From Oopsacas minuta (Eukaryota; Animalia; Porifera): a stretch of 64,000 nt of DNA. The DNA is taken from contig JAKMXF010000099.1 of assembly GCA_024704765.1 (NCBI GenBank), positions 129,556 to 193,555 of the forward strand, written 5' to 3'. Within the stretch, counting starts at the first letter, position 1; each line of letters starts with the position of its first letter. The position numbers and the translations under genes are program-made. Positions 11,668 to 23,992 of the stretch are shown here, piece after piece. Under the pieces are notes generated by a model, which made no database searches, was not told where the DNA came from, and worked only from the letters and a program-made list of their open reading frames with translations.

Positions 11668-12367
11668 GAACATGATATATAGAAACCTTATAAAAATTTT
11701 GAATGCACCAAATGATTCCTAGCATATGATAACCTATATGCTAATAATACATTACATATGTCTATTTCAAATGAAAATACCCATTCTTTACTAACTCCCA
11801 TTTTAAGCCACTGTGTAGGGGGCTGCTAGGGTTGCCGACAAGCCCAGGACAATGTTCAGCAACTCCACTAGCAACTACTGGATTCCTGAGTTTTCTAGCA
11901 ATAAATGTAATATTTGGGGTGTATCCAAACTGATACATCATGCCTGGAGCACCCGCAGACATACGCACTATAAGCAAGTGCGTATAATAAATTTTGCTGA
12001 GTTTTTTCATTAATTAATTTCATTACACACCTATCAAGGTTGAATATAACATTTTTAACAGGTGTTAAAATTTACTACAATTATAGCATTTAAGTATGCA
12101 TATGTAGCATATATTGGTATTCAGGAGCTGTTCCTCTCTACTTTTAGAACTTTTATATCTACGGCGAAACTACTCTCTTGAAAGCATGTTGAACAAATTT
12201 CTTTTATGACAGCGACATTTGGTGGCACAATCAAAGGGGATGCCATAACTGGCGGGCACCAGGGTGGCACAAATCATCCCTAGTGAGGCACAACAATTCT
12301 TTGAGATGCAGACTACCAATTTAGTGGTACTGAAAATGGGATAGCATGTTCTTTAAGCTAATTATTA

Positions 12368-15300
12368 CACAGTGGTTTATAGGGCAGTTAGTAAAGAATA
12401 GCTATTATGGTGTGAGGTAGCCATATGAAATGTATTATTTACATATAGATCCTTATATATAAGGAACCAGTACATCTTATCATAACAAGTATATGGCCTA
12501 AAATTTCCAAGTTATGACGTCATTAATATATGTGTGAAATTTTCAATTTTCTTCAATAAATACATTTTACTCGACTTTATCGCCATGAAATCTATTAATT
12601 ACATATGGGTTATCCGTATTTGGCAATCATCTTGAACTTAAAATTTTGTTGTAGGGCTTGTATTTATAGAGTTATGACGTCAAACTTATGATGGAATTTA
12701 TCTTATTGATTACAAAATATACATTATATTCATACTTAAGTTCATGATAGGCAATCTGTATTGGAAGTTAAAGTCGTGAATAAAGTCTGTACACTAGTTT
12801 TCGGATTGTTCATAGTATTGCAGCATTTAGATCTCGTTGTGTGTCCAGATTGACCACATCGTTCACAAGTCAAAATTCTTCGATAGTTTATTAAGGTTGG
12901 ATCACTTTGAGAGGTTAATCTGACGAAGATATGCATAATAGGTCTCAAAACTGACTTTACGAGCTAAATTCTCCCGATATTTTCTAACTAATTTGTTGCA
13001 TGATTCTGTGCCTTCTTCTGAAAATGCCTTTAAGCCATAGCTAGAATTCGACTCACGTATTAACTCCTCGGATGGGCCAAGAGCTTGTGCAGGGTTGGAG
13101 CCATGCTGGCCCAGGGGAAAGAATCTACGATGACAAGGTAGGTATCCTTGCACAATATCCCCAATTCCGAAGTGTTAACCTTGTGACTTGAATTGAAAAC
13201 CCGAAGAATGGCTGAAACCTAAGTATGTATCTTTGATAAGATTGGGCGATATTATATTGCTACAGTTGATAGAATGGATTCAAGGTATTCAGTTTCATCA
13301 AAAAGGGCTCTTCTAGCAATATTCCCTGTTGAGGTGGTTCCACCGCTAGAATTAGGCTGGTCAACCTTTAATCCTGTCTTCTCCTGAATAAATGTCTGGA
13401 GGAATTTCATTGACTCCTTGATAACTAGTGAAGTTGGGGACCAGGTAAACTTTTCGATGCGAAGATGATATACCAGCAAATTGAACCACCTAAAATTGGT
13501 GTAATTATGTGAAGATAAATTCTTAATGATTAATGGAGTACTTACCTAAATACGCCTGTGTATGAATGAAGTGGAGATGCTGGATGTATGTCAATCTCTG
13601 AAATTGGTTGATGAGTTAAATTGAAGCGTTCATTAGTCGAAAGAGCAAAGAACGACTCAATGTCATCAATGTGCGAAAATAACTCGATTGCATCTGTGAT
13701 ATTTCTGTTGATGGGAAACCCTTCAAGAACTAAATTCGGTCCTTCAATTCTTTATGTGTGGAAGTGCACATCTGACAACTGGCTCCTCCAGCTCCAGAGA
13801 ATGGCTGCCATCTTCTCATCAAACATTGAGCGGATAATATCGACATTGACAACACCATTTTCTAAAGGAATCCCATTTGCAACATCGCTGTATCGGGATT
13901 AATCATAGTTTCCATGAAGGAATGAATATTTTCTTCGCATTTTGTCGCAGCGCAGAGAAAAATAGGTATCTGAGAGAAGGATGAATTAGGGGATTTATTC
14001 TGCCAAACAATCCTGTTTGTTACAGTGTGGATGGAGATGGGCTTGAAACAAAACAGAATGAAGTTTTTGGTGAAAGTATTAGTTGTCTGCTGGTTGTAGA
14101 TAGTGTGACAACCAGAACCATCTAAGCCATCTGCGATTTTAAATGTGAGTGGGAATTCTTCACTTGTGGGGCGATCTACCATTGACAATATTCTTTCCAG
14201 GGTTTTCTGAACTTGAAGACAATATGGCGCATATATACCTATTGGTTTAGCTGGATTAGGATATAAAGTTATACTGGATCGCGAAATCATGACATCTCTC
14301 AGAATAGCTAACTTGCTGTAAGATGGGTGATATATATTGTATGGTAGAAGTGTTTGACGTAGTTGAGTGCATTTTCGTCTGCCCACTTCAAGTAAATCCA
14401 GCAGGAATAAGGCTTTATCAATTGGAACATGCTTGTTACTGAGGTTACAGAATCCTCCACTGACAATAATCTCTTTGGCTACGGTAGCAACCTGATGATT
14501 ATTCTCCTCATTTGCCAATAGTTGTAATGAGAGTGTTGCAATGCTTATTTCTGTAGTATTCTCAATAACTGAGAGTGACTTAATGCATTCTAGCAGGCTT
14601 GACAATGAGTACGTTGTTGTTGCAGAGAGAGATCATTAAGATGCTTCCTATGACTCACTGAATGAATGGGAACCTCACCATCATCAGAAGACGAATCTAG
14701 TAAATCAGAACTACGATTTTTCTTTAACTCAGGTTTCATGGAAATGTTAGGATGCTACCAATCTCCTTCTAAACAATCTAAAGATATCTTCACCTTCTTG
14801 AATCTGTCCCAAATTCTTAACAGCAACGTTTCCAAGAGTTTCGTATTATCAGAGCCTATTTCAAAGTATTCTTTGAAATATTTTGTCGTTTTCAAGACAC
14901 AATTATTATTGTCTTTCAGGATTCTTGCCAATTCGAGGCGGGACTTTGGGAAAGTTAACTTTCTGTCATTGTTTTCAAGAAATTCCGAAAAATATGTTGT
15001 ATTATTCAATAGATTATATATATAAGTCACTATAATAAATTTTAAGAACGAAATTCAATATTATTTCATTCCATTATCACAGTATGCTACAATGGGATTT
15101 TCCTAGCAACGAAAAGTTGTAATGGAATGTCATTGAAAATTATAGGTTACGCAATGTTTCGGGTCTTGTGGTTTTAGATTATGTTTTTGGGAATCGTAAT
15201 ACATACATCCGATTCATTTTGCGCTGGTGCTTTGTGTTGTTTATTTTTCCTGACACTTTAAGTATTCCTCTTTGTAAAAATTCTGTACGGATTTTACTAG

Positions 15301-15642
15301 ATCTTAGAAATATTATGTGCACGAAATATATACAAGATACAGTCATGGAAACAAGATAATTAGATTTAGCATAGTCGAAATATATAAAGTATGCCAGATT
15401 AGTAACATTCGATTATGTAATTGCTTTTACAGGTTGATTTGAAATTGTGGCTAAATTTAGAAATCATGAAGCCGCACTTTTGACTATAACTATTTCGCAT
15501 CTTTGATGAATAAAGTATATAGCTTCTGGGCTCTCAATCGCTTAGATAATTCAATTGAGAATCATTTAAACAATATAAAATGAAATAAACCATCAAATAC
15601 GGAATCAATTTTTTGTCTAGTCTTTGCTTCTAAACCACTGTG
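12368..15642 (-). mobile_element. RAG1-like/Transib-type transposon, copy B (3275 bp)
   Basis: CACAGTGGTTTA at 12368 and TAAACCACTGTG ending at 15642. Perfect 5-bp TSD TATTA at 12363-12367 and 15643-15647. Confidence 0.95.
12742..15030 (-). pseudogene. RAG1-core-like transposase of copy B (several stops and frameshifts; one 56-nt intron at 13490-13545)
   Basis: Collinear with the copy A protein: RKHLNDLSLQQQRTH(L)SSLL, DKALFLLDLLEVG, IADGLDGSGCH, GGTTSTGNIARRAL, APTLHKLLAH, FSEEGTESCNKLVRK and CERCGQSGHTTRSKC. Confidence 0.9.
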
Positions 15643-16164
15643 TATTATTCACTAAATAAGTAGGTATTTGGGTACTATAAAGTGGGGATACAAGGACAAA
15701 TGAATGACGATTGTGCTCCTGACTGAAATTAATGCCCCCTACTACAAGAAGAGGGGCACAACTTATTTCAAGCGGATACTTGCACCCCAGGTGCCTCCAC
15801 TGAGACACTGGACAATATTCTGAAGCACGCTCGTTGGGGGCCAGTGGTATGGTTGAAATATTGATCTCACAGCCTGATACATAGGTATATCTTCTCCGTA
15901 TCGTCATCACAGCCAACATTTAAGGGAAATTAATTGTGTTGGATATTCACCGGTGTTCTACTCCTCTTTGCTATTCAATTGGACATTAAGCGCCATTATT
16001 TCGTAACAAACAGCTTTGAGTTGTCTGGCCTCTAGTTAAAAATATATTTACAGAAAGGTACCCTAAAAATTTTCATCATTTGAAAGAGAAAATTAATCAA
16101 CTTGTACTCTTCAAGAATGTTATACAACTAATAATTTGACTTCAAAAATTAACCATGTCCACAG

Positions 16165-18300
16165 CAGTGTCGTATCCAGCTCTTTCATTTGGGGGAGGGC
16201 GGAGAGTCCTACATTTGTATCATATTTTATAAAAGTATATGGTTAGTATGAATCTTTATAAATGTGATAAATAATCATTGAATCATAGTAATGATTATTG
16301 ATTAGTGTTTTCTAAGAACAAATGCTTACATTTCAAAAAGACCCATTATATTGACAATTTACAGTATAAATGCATGACTTGATTTAACTAAACGCACATC
16401 ATCTCATTTCTCGGATAGAATTTATTATTATAAACCCAAGTTTCTCTTATCAATTGAAGTATATTATTATTTTCATTTATCTTCTATCCTACTGAATGAC
16501 TAAACTCCCAGGAAAAATTCTTGACTTCTTTCTCCCTAAGGAAGCAAGGATTAAGAATAGTTTGTCACCAGTAAACGAATCTAACAATGAGGCATTATCT
16601 ATCCTGAATGATGAAGACAATATTTCCCAATCTGAAAATCGGAACAAGTCACTATCGATTCTGTTCTAACAGATTCAACAACAACGAATTATAAATTTGA
16701 TATAGGTCTCTACATTACTGGAAATCTCATAGTAGAAAAAGAATTTAGTTTGGAGATTCAATTTAACTGTTGGATACCCCAGAGAATTACAAATAACGCC
16801 CAATTATCCAAGGAGGGAGAAATTGATACTTTAATATCAAATGGCTCAGTATCTACAAATGGCTTGCTTATTCAGAAATTTATCCGGTGCGTTTTGTAAA
16901 ATTTGCGTTATATTCCTCGACCGAAATGATGAACAAGTAGATAAAGGAAGTTCACAAAAGGTTGGCTCCTTACTAACTACCGTATTCATCAACTACAAGT
17001 GTCATTGAAATTTTCAATAAACAAAGTCAGTTAACCTATCATAGAGACTTGTGTCGATTGTGAAACTTTCAAACGGATGGTGGAAACTCCGGGATTGGAT
17101 ATTCAATACCAGCTTCGCCAACAAAGAATCGAACAAAAACGATTAAACTGCCAGCGATTGGTGCCTATCATTGAGACAATCCTCTTTTTGAGTAGACAGG
17201 AGTCATCCTTTCGCGGACACAGGGGTGAATCTAGGCAACTAGATATCGAAGAGCCGAAAGAAAACGATGGTAACTTTCGTACTGTACTAAGATTACGCCT
17301 AAGAGTAGGAGACATTGTATTGAAACACCACCTCGACTCGAGTGGATCAAATTCTAAATATTTGAGCCAAATGATCCAGAACGAGATCATCAATATTAGT
17401 AGAATATTGATATCTCAAAGAATCGTTTCAGAAGTCCAGAAAAGCGTGCCATTCTCTATTTTAGCGGATAAATCTGCTGATGTTTCAGTTCATGAGCAGC
17501 TCTCAATTTCAGTTTGGTATGTTTTTCGAAATGATCGTTCAGTGTTTTCAAGGAAATGTTTCTTGGCTTAATTACTGTAACAGATCTCACAGGAGAAGGA
17601 ATAGCAAATTCTATCATTTCATTCTGTATTTCTACTGGATTAGATTTGAATAATTTGGTAGGACTAGGTTTGGATGGTGCTATAGCTATATCTGGAAAAT
17701 ATAAAGAGTACAGGCATGCATTCGCGAAAAATATTCAGTGGTTCACTATACACACTGCTCATCACACAGCTTAAATTTAGCAATTGGAAAATAAACAATG
17801 TTGTTCTTGGAAACGTATTTTCTAATCTCTCTTCTATTATATGGTTCTTTCATGGGTATCCTTTGCGAGAAGAGAAACTACGCCAAGCCATCCAAGCTGT
17901 ATGCCTAGAATATAAGCGTTAGCGACTGAAAACCATTGTGCAACAAGATGGGTTGAAAGACATGATGCAATGCTTGTGTTTATGGAATTAATAGAGGCAG
18001 TTGTGCATGTTTGGAAGAACTAACTCTTGTACCAGAAGAGACAGGTTCGAAAGCTAATCAACTTGTTCATGTCTGCATCATTTGACTTTATCTACTCCTG
18101 TACTGTTTTAGAAAATCCCAGCGCTCTTTTACTCACAGTTTCGAGACAATTACAATCATCAACAATGGATTTGGCTGAGATTTGTTCACTTATTGAAAAT
18201 GTGGTTTCCATTTTAGAAAAGAAAACGAATCAAGATAGTGCAATTACTAGAGTTTACACTAAAGCTAAATCAATCTCTGAACTTTTGGGTCGTCAGTGAC
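16165..18300 (+). mobile_element. hAT transposon remnant (ZMYM1/PRKRIR-like, DUF4371-type transposase pseudogene)
   Basis: hAT-type left end CAGTGTCGTATCC at 16165. Fragments ILFLSRQESSFRGH, NDGNFRTVLRLR, YLSQMIQNEII, FSILADKSAD..EQLSI, GLDGA and TRWVERHDA-like. Right end not found. Confidence 0.85.
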
Positions 18301-19270
18301 TCTGCCAAGAGCTCATGATTGTCGATGCCGATTAAGTTGTTGATGAAAGTATCGATTTCTGAAATCTCGATATCTATCGTTCAAAGATTTATCGATTGGA
18401 TTCGAATCCCTGCCTTAGTGTGATGTATTCTCCATCCTGTGGCATACGTTTGTGATTTAATTTGATATGTATTGTGCTTACAATCTAACATCATTGTTTA
18501 AACTGTTGCCGTCCCTGCATTTTGCAATACATCCTGCATCCCACCATAATCCTAAATAGGAAATACTAGCATCGCCTCAATATACATCGTACACAAAATG
18601 AACTTCCCGCTAATAGAAACTGCAATATTGTATTCTACTAACGCACGGTTTAATATGCTGAAATTACAACAATTAAGTGAAAAACAGTTTCTGGCATCTT
18701 GAAAAGGTGGACGAAATTAATTACAAAGATAATATATAAGTTAATTAATTTCATGTACTGTTAACCACTTAATTTAAGAAAATGTTTGAATGTTACTGAA
18801 TAATGCCCCTTAGATTCCCATACCACATTGAAATTATGCGCAGCCAATGAACTCGATTAACAAAATTCTTTGTTATGTGGATTGTTCCCCTTTGGCTGTA
18901 GCCCCGTGACTACGTTGACAATCGGCGCAAATTTTTCCTCTTATACCAATCTATTGTGGGTTACCAGGTCACTTTCAAATTTTTTAACCTTTGCTCGTAT
19001 TTATATTTGTCCGTTGTCAAGGACAGTTATAACATTTCATTTTTAATATGAATCCGAAAATAAGAGATGCGGTGCACAATAAAATTTGTATGATTCGGTC
19101 CATTACTTGGATGTTATCTTCCCATGATCTCGCCTCAACTAGAGTTCAATATTCATTTCTCTCAGCCTATGAACTTTGAGAATGTGAGAATAGATCAAAT
19201 TTATTTGATTCTATCGATAGATACAGAGGCTTAGCCAGAGTGCCGCAAATGCAGCACCTACAATTGCGTG

Positions 19271-22200
19271 CAGTGGCGTTTCTAGACTTTTTATTAGGGG
19301 GGTGCTAATTAACGGGTGAGCACTAAAATTTTAGACATATTTTATAATTCACCATAACAACGAGATATTTACAAATTCATAAATCTTTGTTCACCAATGC
19401 ATTATTTGTATATAGATTTCAAATTCAATCCATTTTCGATTATTTTAGAACATAGCATCTGGAGATGGATCATTTGAAAGTGACACAACGGCGACACATT
19501 ATTGGACAATTTTTTCGTAAAAATTATGAGCATGGGATTTCTTATACAGTTAAGCATTTTTTGGCGTTTGGAATCGCAAGATCTACTATCAAGAATAGAG
19601 GAACCCTAAACAGGAAGTTGGGTAGCGGTCGCAAGTCTGTCAAAATGCCCAAGAGGCTCCGGCGATCTCTATTGTATAAAATTAGCAATAAAATAGGAGT
19701 CTCCACCAGAAAAATCGCTCGAAAATTCGATATCTCTCAATCATATGTTCGTAAGATCATCAAAGAGAATGGTGTTACATATCGTAAACGTAAGCGAGTC
19801 CCAGATAGCAAACCCGAACAAGAATTGAGGGCTAAGTCCAGGTGTCTAAAATTACGGAGAGACTTTTTCCCCTATCAAGCACAATTCAAATTGTAATGGA
19901 TGACGAATCGTATTTCGGACTAAAGGATGACAATATCAATGTCAATAAGGGTTATTATACTTCAGAATCTCTCTCAGCCAAGTCTCTGAATCCTAGAATC
20001 AGTTATATTCGTAAATCCAAGTACCCACCTAAACTTTTAATTTGGTTAGCAATTTCGAAAGAAGGCATATCGGAGCCATACTTTTGTCCTCGGAATCTTT
20101 CAGTTACTGGCGAAATTTACCGAAATCAATGCATAAAAAAGCATCTAATTCCTTTCTTAGAAAAGTTTCATGATGACGGTAAATATTACTTCTGGCCTGA
20201 TCTAGCAAGTAGCCATTATGCGAAAGATACGCTTAAACTTCTTGAAGATCTAAATATCCCATATATTCCAAAATCTGCTAACGCTCCTAATACACCTCAA
20301 TTAAGGCCAATTAAGGAATCCTGGGGTTATTTGAAATCCAAAGTTTATGAAGGTGGGTGGGAAGCTAAATTCTTCAGAAGGTTGAAGCAAAGGATTCGGA
20401 AATCAACCAGGCAAGTGGAATTTTCAATTGTCCAAAGGCTATTTTCAAGTGTCAAGACGAATATCCGAAAATCTGCAGACAATGGTCCATTAACAGCGAT
20501 TCATTGAATTCTAGCTAAATTAAAATGTAATTAAACAAATATGATAGAATTATACAATACTCTGTTGATAATTGATACAAGCTCAAACAGGATGAAATTT
20601 GTCTAATTTTTTAGTGCTCACCCGTTAATATGGATTGACATTGAAATTAATTAAGCTATGATTTCATAATTTACCATCAAACTGAATAATGACAATTCTT
20701 ATGTTTATCAATCAGCTAAAATGTTAGACAATTGCAGTCTCCTCGGATTGATTCGCCCAAACTCATCCATCACTTCATTGATGTCTACATCAATATCTCT
20801 ATGCAGGTGAAGAAGAGAGAGTCGATTTAATCTTCTATGGTTATTGAAGAACGGGGGGGCAGTTTTTGTTCTTTTTAGCCCACTAAATGACCTATCTGCA
20901 GTGCAACCTCTGACGGGTAGTGTGCACATTATGCTGATCAATGCTCTAATATTGGGGTACATTGAATTGGCATATTGGAGGGTAATAGTTGGTGTAGTGG
21001 GTAAGCTAATCCGTCAAGTTTATCTAGTTGCCGTTGCCACTTTATTCGCCAACAGTGTAACTCACTCTAAACACCTCCAGGAGATGGAAGATCTTGTTGG
21101 TAGATGTCAGCAAGGTCACTAATTTTAATAATAATTTCATCCATTGGGATAGTTACTAGGATAGAAGGGACTAAGAACAAGCCTATCAGTGCAGTTCTTT
21201 GGTGGCTGTTGAAACGCAAATTATTTTCTGACAATAAGTGGTCAATCAATGGGATTGATATACTACGCCGGTAATAAATAGATGGAATGTCAGCAAGAAC
21301 ATTATTGCGGTGAATTTGACATCCACAAATTCGAGGTAAAGATGGGACTGTGCAAACACTTTGCACATCTCCTCCACAATAAGAAACCACCTGCTGTGAT
21401 GTGAATCATTATTTTCTCTAACTTCTTGCAAAACTAACTTCACGTTGTGAATTTCTGATACAGCTTCAACGATGTCTTTAGCCTCTGCTTGTAGACTGGA
21501 AGTCAAGGTTTCTATGTATTTTAGGCTGTAATTTGTTAATACTAATGCAAAAATAAAATATGTACTGCTAATTGCTAATTGTAGAGTCCTGGCATCAGTA
21601 ATTGCATCTGATGTCCACAGGGTAGGGCCCTCACTACAAACATTATCGAAACAAGGTCTACGGAAGCGTGGAGAGACTGAAAATTTCTAGTGCATTAATA
21701 CGTTGTACCCAGCGTTTAGGACAAAGATCCTTTAGTTTTGTGACTGTTGACCCAGGTTGTGTTTTATGAATAGCAAAATCAAGAAATCTTTGCCGTTTGG
21801 GATAGGCATGAAAGTGGTCCGATACTCTATCCACTACCCCTATCATATTAAGAATACTGGTGACTTGTAGAGACTTCACCACAGCGAGATTAAGAGAGTG
21901 AGAGGCACAGCGAAGATAAAGTGCAAGAGGGTACTTCTTATTAATAGGAGCTGCAGTTCCTTTTATTGATCCGCCATGTTACCAGTTCCATCGTACGCCT
22001 GACCACTTAGCTTAGTAATATTCAATCCATAATCGTTCTAACAGCCCAATATCTTATCCGAAAGGCAACGACCAGTGATCCCAGTATCACATTCTAAGAA
22101 ATTCATCAGGTCCTCCCGAACTAACATATTGTCAGGATCTACATACCTCAGTACTAGGCTCAACTGCTCTTTATTGGATATGTCAGTGACCTCATCTGAA

Positions 22201-23381
22201 ATCACGGTAAACCATTGGGCTTTCTTAATTTTCTTAAGAATCTTGTTTTTTAGTTGGTTAGCGATGATGTCAATCAATTGATTATGGATATTAGAAGATG
22301 TGTAAGTTGCATTTTTAGCTGCGATGGGAAATGATTACTGAGGACTGAATCTCCTGCTTCGACTCTGAATTGTAAGAGAGCCCTGAAGTTTCCATGATTT
22401 TCAATGCTATCTTTCTCCTGATTAGTGGAATTGTTACGATGTCGCCAAGTGGAATATTTTGACGACCGCACAAAATTATTGTGCTCACAATTGACAAGTT
22501 TCTGACGATTAGAAGAAATTCTCTCAGCCATTCATCATCAATTCGATGTAGAATACTTGGTTACTGATTGGTCACCACTGGAAAGAACTCATCTGCTCTC
22601 ACCATCGATGTATTATGATAATCCTTTTCTATATAATTTTCAATAACTCTAAAGCCTTCCGGAACATTGTCAAAGGACGGGTGGCCAAGGATTCCAGGGA
22701 GATTACCACGGTATCCACATGTAACAGAGAGAACACATGGAATACAAAATCTTCTATTTTTCTGCTTACTATACGTCAGCCACGGATACATCTGCAACCA
22801 GCGGAACTGAAATGTGCGTCTATTGTTATTCTTTTGAAATATATAATCAGAAGCTGGACAGAATCGATTAACAAGTAGCTCATATTTGTCAGAATCCGGT
22901 ATTGTATCCGAAATACCGATATAGCTTGCCACGTCATTGCATTCAGATAAGAGAATGCGTGGTCACTTAGCTAAAGGTTGGAATGTACTTTCATCAGTGG
23001 CGTGATAACTACGGGGAGATGAAGTATTATGTCCTTGTTGAAGAGTTGAATTCGAGGATCGTGAAGAGGTTGAGGCACCTGCAGCATTATTAATTTCAAT
23101 TACTGAATCTTTGTCTAAAAAACTTGATTTTAAGAATGACGAATCAATCGACATTGTTTTGTGAAATTGAATACAAAAAATAAATATTTATGATAATAAG
23201 AATTGGTCAGACTATAAATGGATACTTCTCAATCAATCAAATACAATTGATATTTGATTAATTATTGAAACCAAAAATTCTAGATTTTTAAACAACAATC
23301 TTTCACTAAATCATTATAAAGTGCTTCAATGAAATTTAAGGGGATGCTCGAGCACCCGCTGCGCCCCTAGATACGCCACTG
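19271..23381 (-). mobile_element. hAT transposon (PRKRIR/THAP12-like transposase pseudogene, ~20700-23160)
   Basis: TIRs CAGTGGCGTTTCTAG and rc CAGTGGCGTATCTAG. 8-bp TSD ATTGCGTG/ATTACGTG. Fragments FQFRWLQMYPWLTYS, NHGNFRALLQFRVEAGD, WFTVISDEVTDISNKEQLSLVLRYV, LCPKRWVQR and YPNIRALISIMCTLPV...RSFSGLKR. Confidence 0.92.
19312..20625 (+). mobile_element. IS630-Tc1-mariner element with DD37E spacing (1314 bp), inactivated
   Basis: TIR ACGGGTGAGCACTAAAAwwTTAGACA and TA TSDs. Transposase 19465-20507 is frameshifted near 19870. Motifs VMDDESYF and WPDLASSH-(37 aa)-RPIK, so the catalytic E position reads K. Confidence 0.92.
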
Positions 23382-23992
23382 ATTACGTGTGCCCACTTCT
23401 TTGCTGTACCTATCCAGTACCTTCGTGTGGTCATGGCTAAGCCTCTGGAAAGATATACTATTTTGCTATGAAAAGGCCAAAGATTATGTAGACAGTGTCA
23501 ACCAGAGCTGCAAATGGGCCATTGGTGAGTCATCAATATTTTATTCATAATTTCATATGCAATGTATACGTACTAGGTAGTACTTCAAAGTACCTTGTTA
23601 ATAATAGAGGTAATATTAGTGGTCATTATACTGAAAGTTTGGAATACCATAAAGTGCGAGTGATATATACTTATGTTTTCGAGTATACTAATAGAAACTG
23701 TATTAATGAATAAAGCTTCAGTGTTTTTGATGCTCGGGATATTATAACATCTCAACGTAATGCAACTTTTGAACAGCAATCATCTTTCGCGGTTGGAGCC
23801 TGGACGTCTCTACCGTAGGACATAGGGGATAATACCCTAACAAATCTCATGTCCCGGAGTGTCTCGGCTCATTTTACAAACTGTATATTTGGCTCGCTTC
23901 TCTCTTATCTTACCATGAATACTATGTAATCGTACCCAAAGTTTCTGGGATATATTGATGTACTACCTAATGTATATTTGAAATATTATATA

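Larger units (their letters stand above)
8443..11815 (+). mobile_element. RAG1-like/Transib-type transposon, copy A (3373 bp)
   Basis: Starts CACAGTGGCTTA and ends TAAGCCACTGTG. Perfect 5-bp TSD TAGGG at 8438-8442 and 11816-11820. Contains a RAG1-core-like reading frame. Confidence 0.95.
19224..23447. mobile_element. Tiny hAT MITE (~105 bp of its own sequence) split by a nested hAT
   Basis: TIRs CAGAGGCTTAGCCA (19224) and TGGCTAAGCCTCTG (23447). 8-bp TSD GATAGATA/GAAAGATA. Confidence 0.8.

Noticed and set aside
15607-15642. Nonamer-like ACAAAAAAT 19 bp after the heptamer at the copy B 5' end
   Set aside because: The spacer is neither 12 nor 23 bp, the motif is not retained in copy A, and A-tracts are common at this AT content.
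15750-15900. Tyrosine-recombinase C-terminal-like peptide (LDNILKHARWG)
   Set aside because: Too short, and the catalytic residues are not identifiable.
8443-15920. RAG2-like (kelch/PHD) partner gene in or next to the RAG1-like elements
   Set aside because: Neither element has room or an ORF for it. The spacer ORF 11762-12010 and ORF 15617-15919 show no kelch-like repeats.
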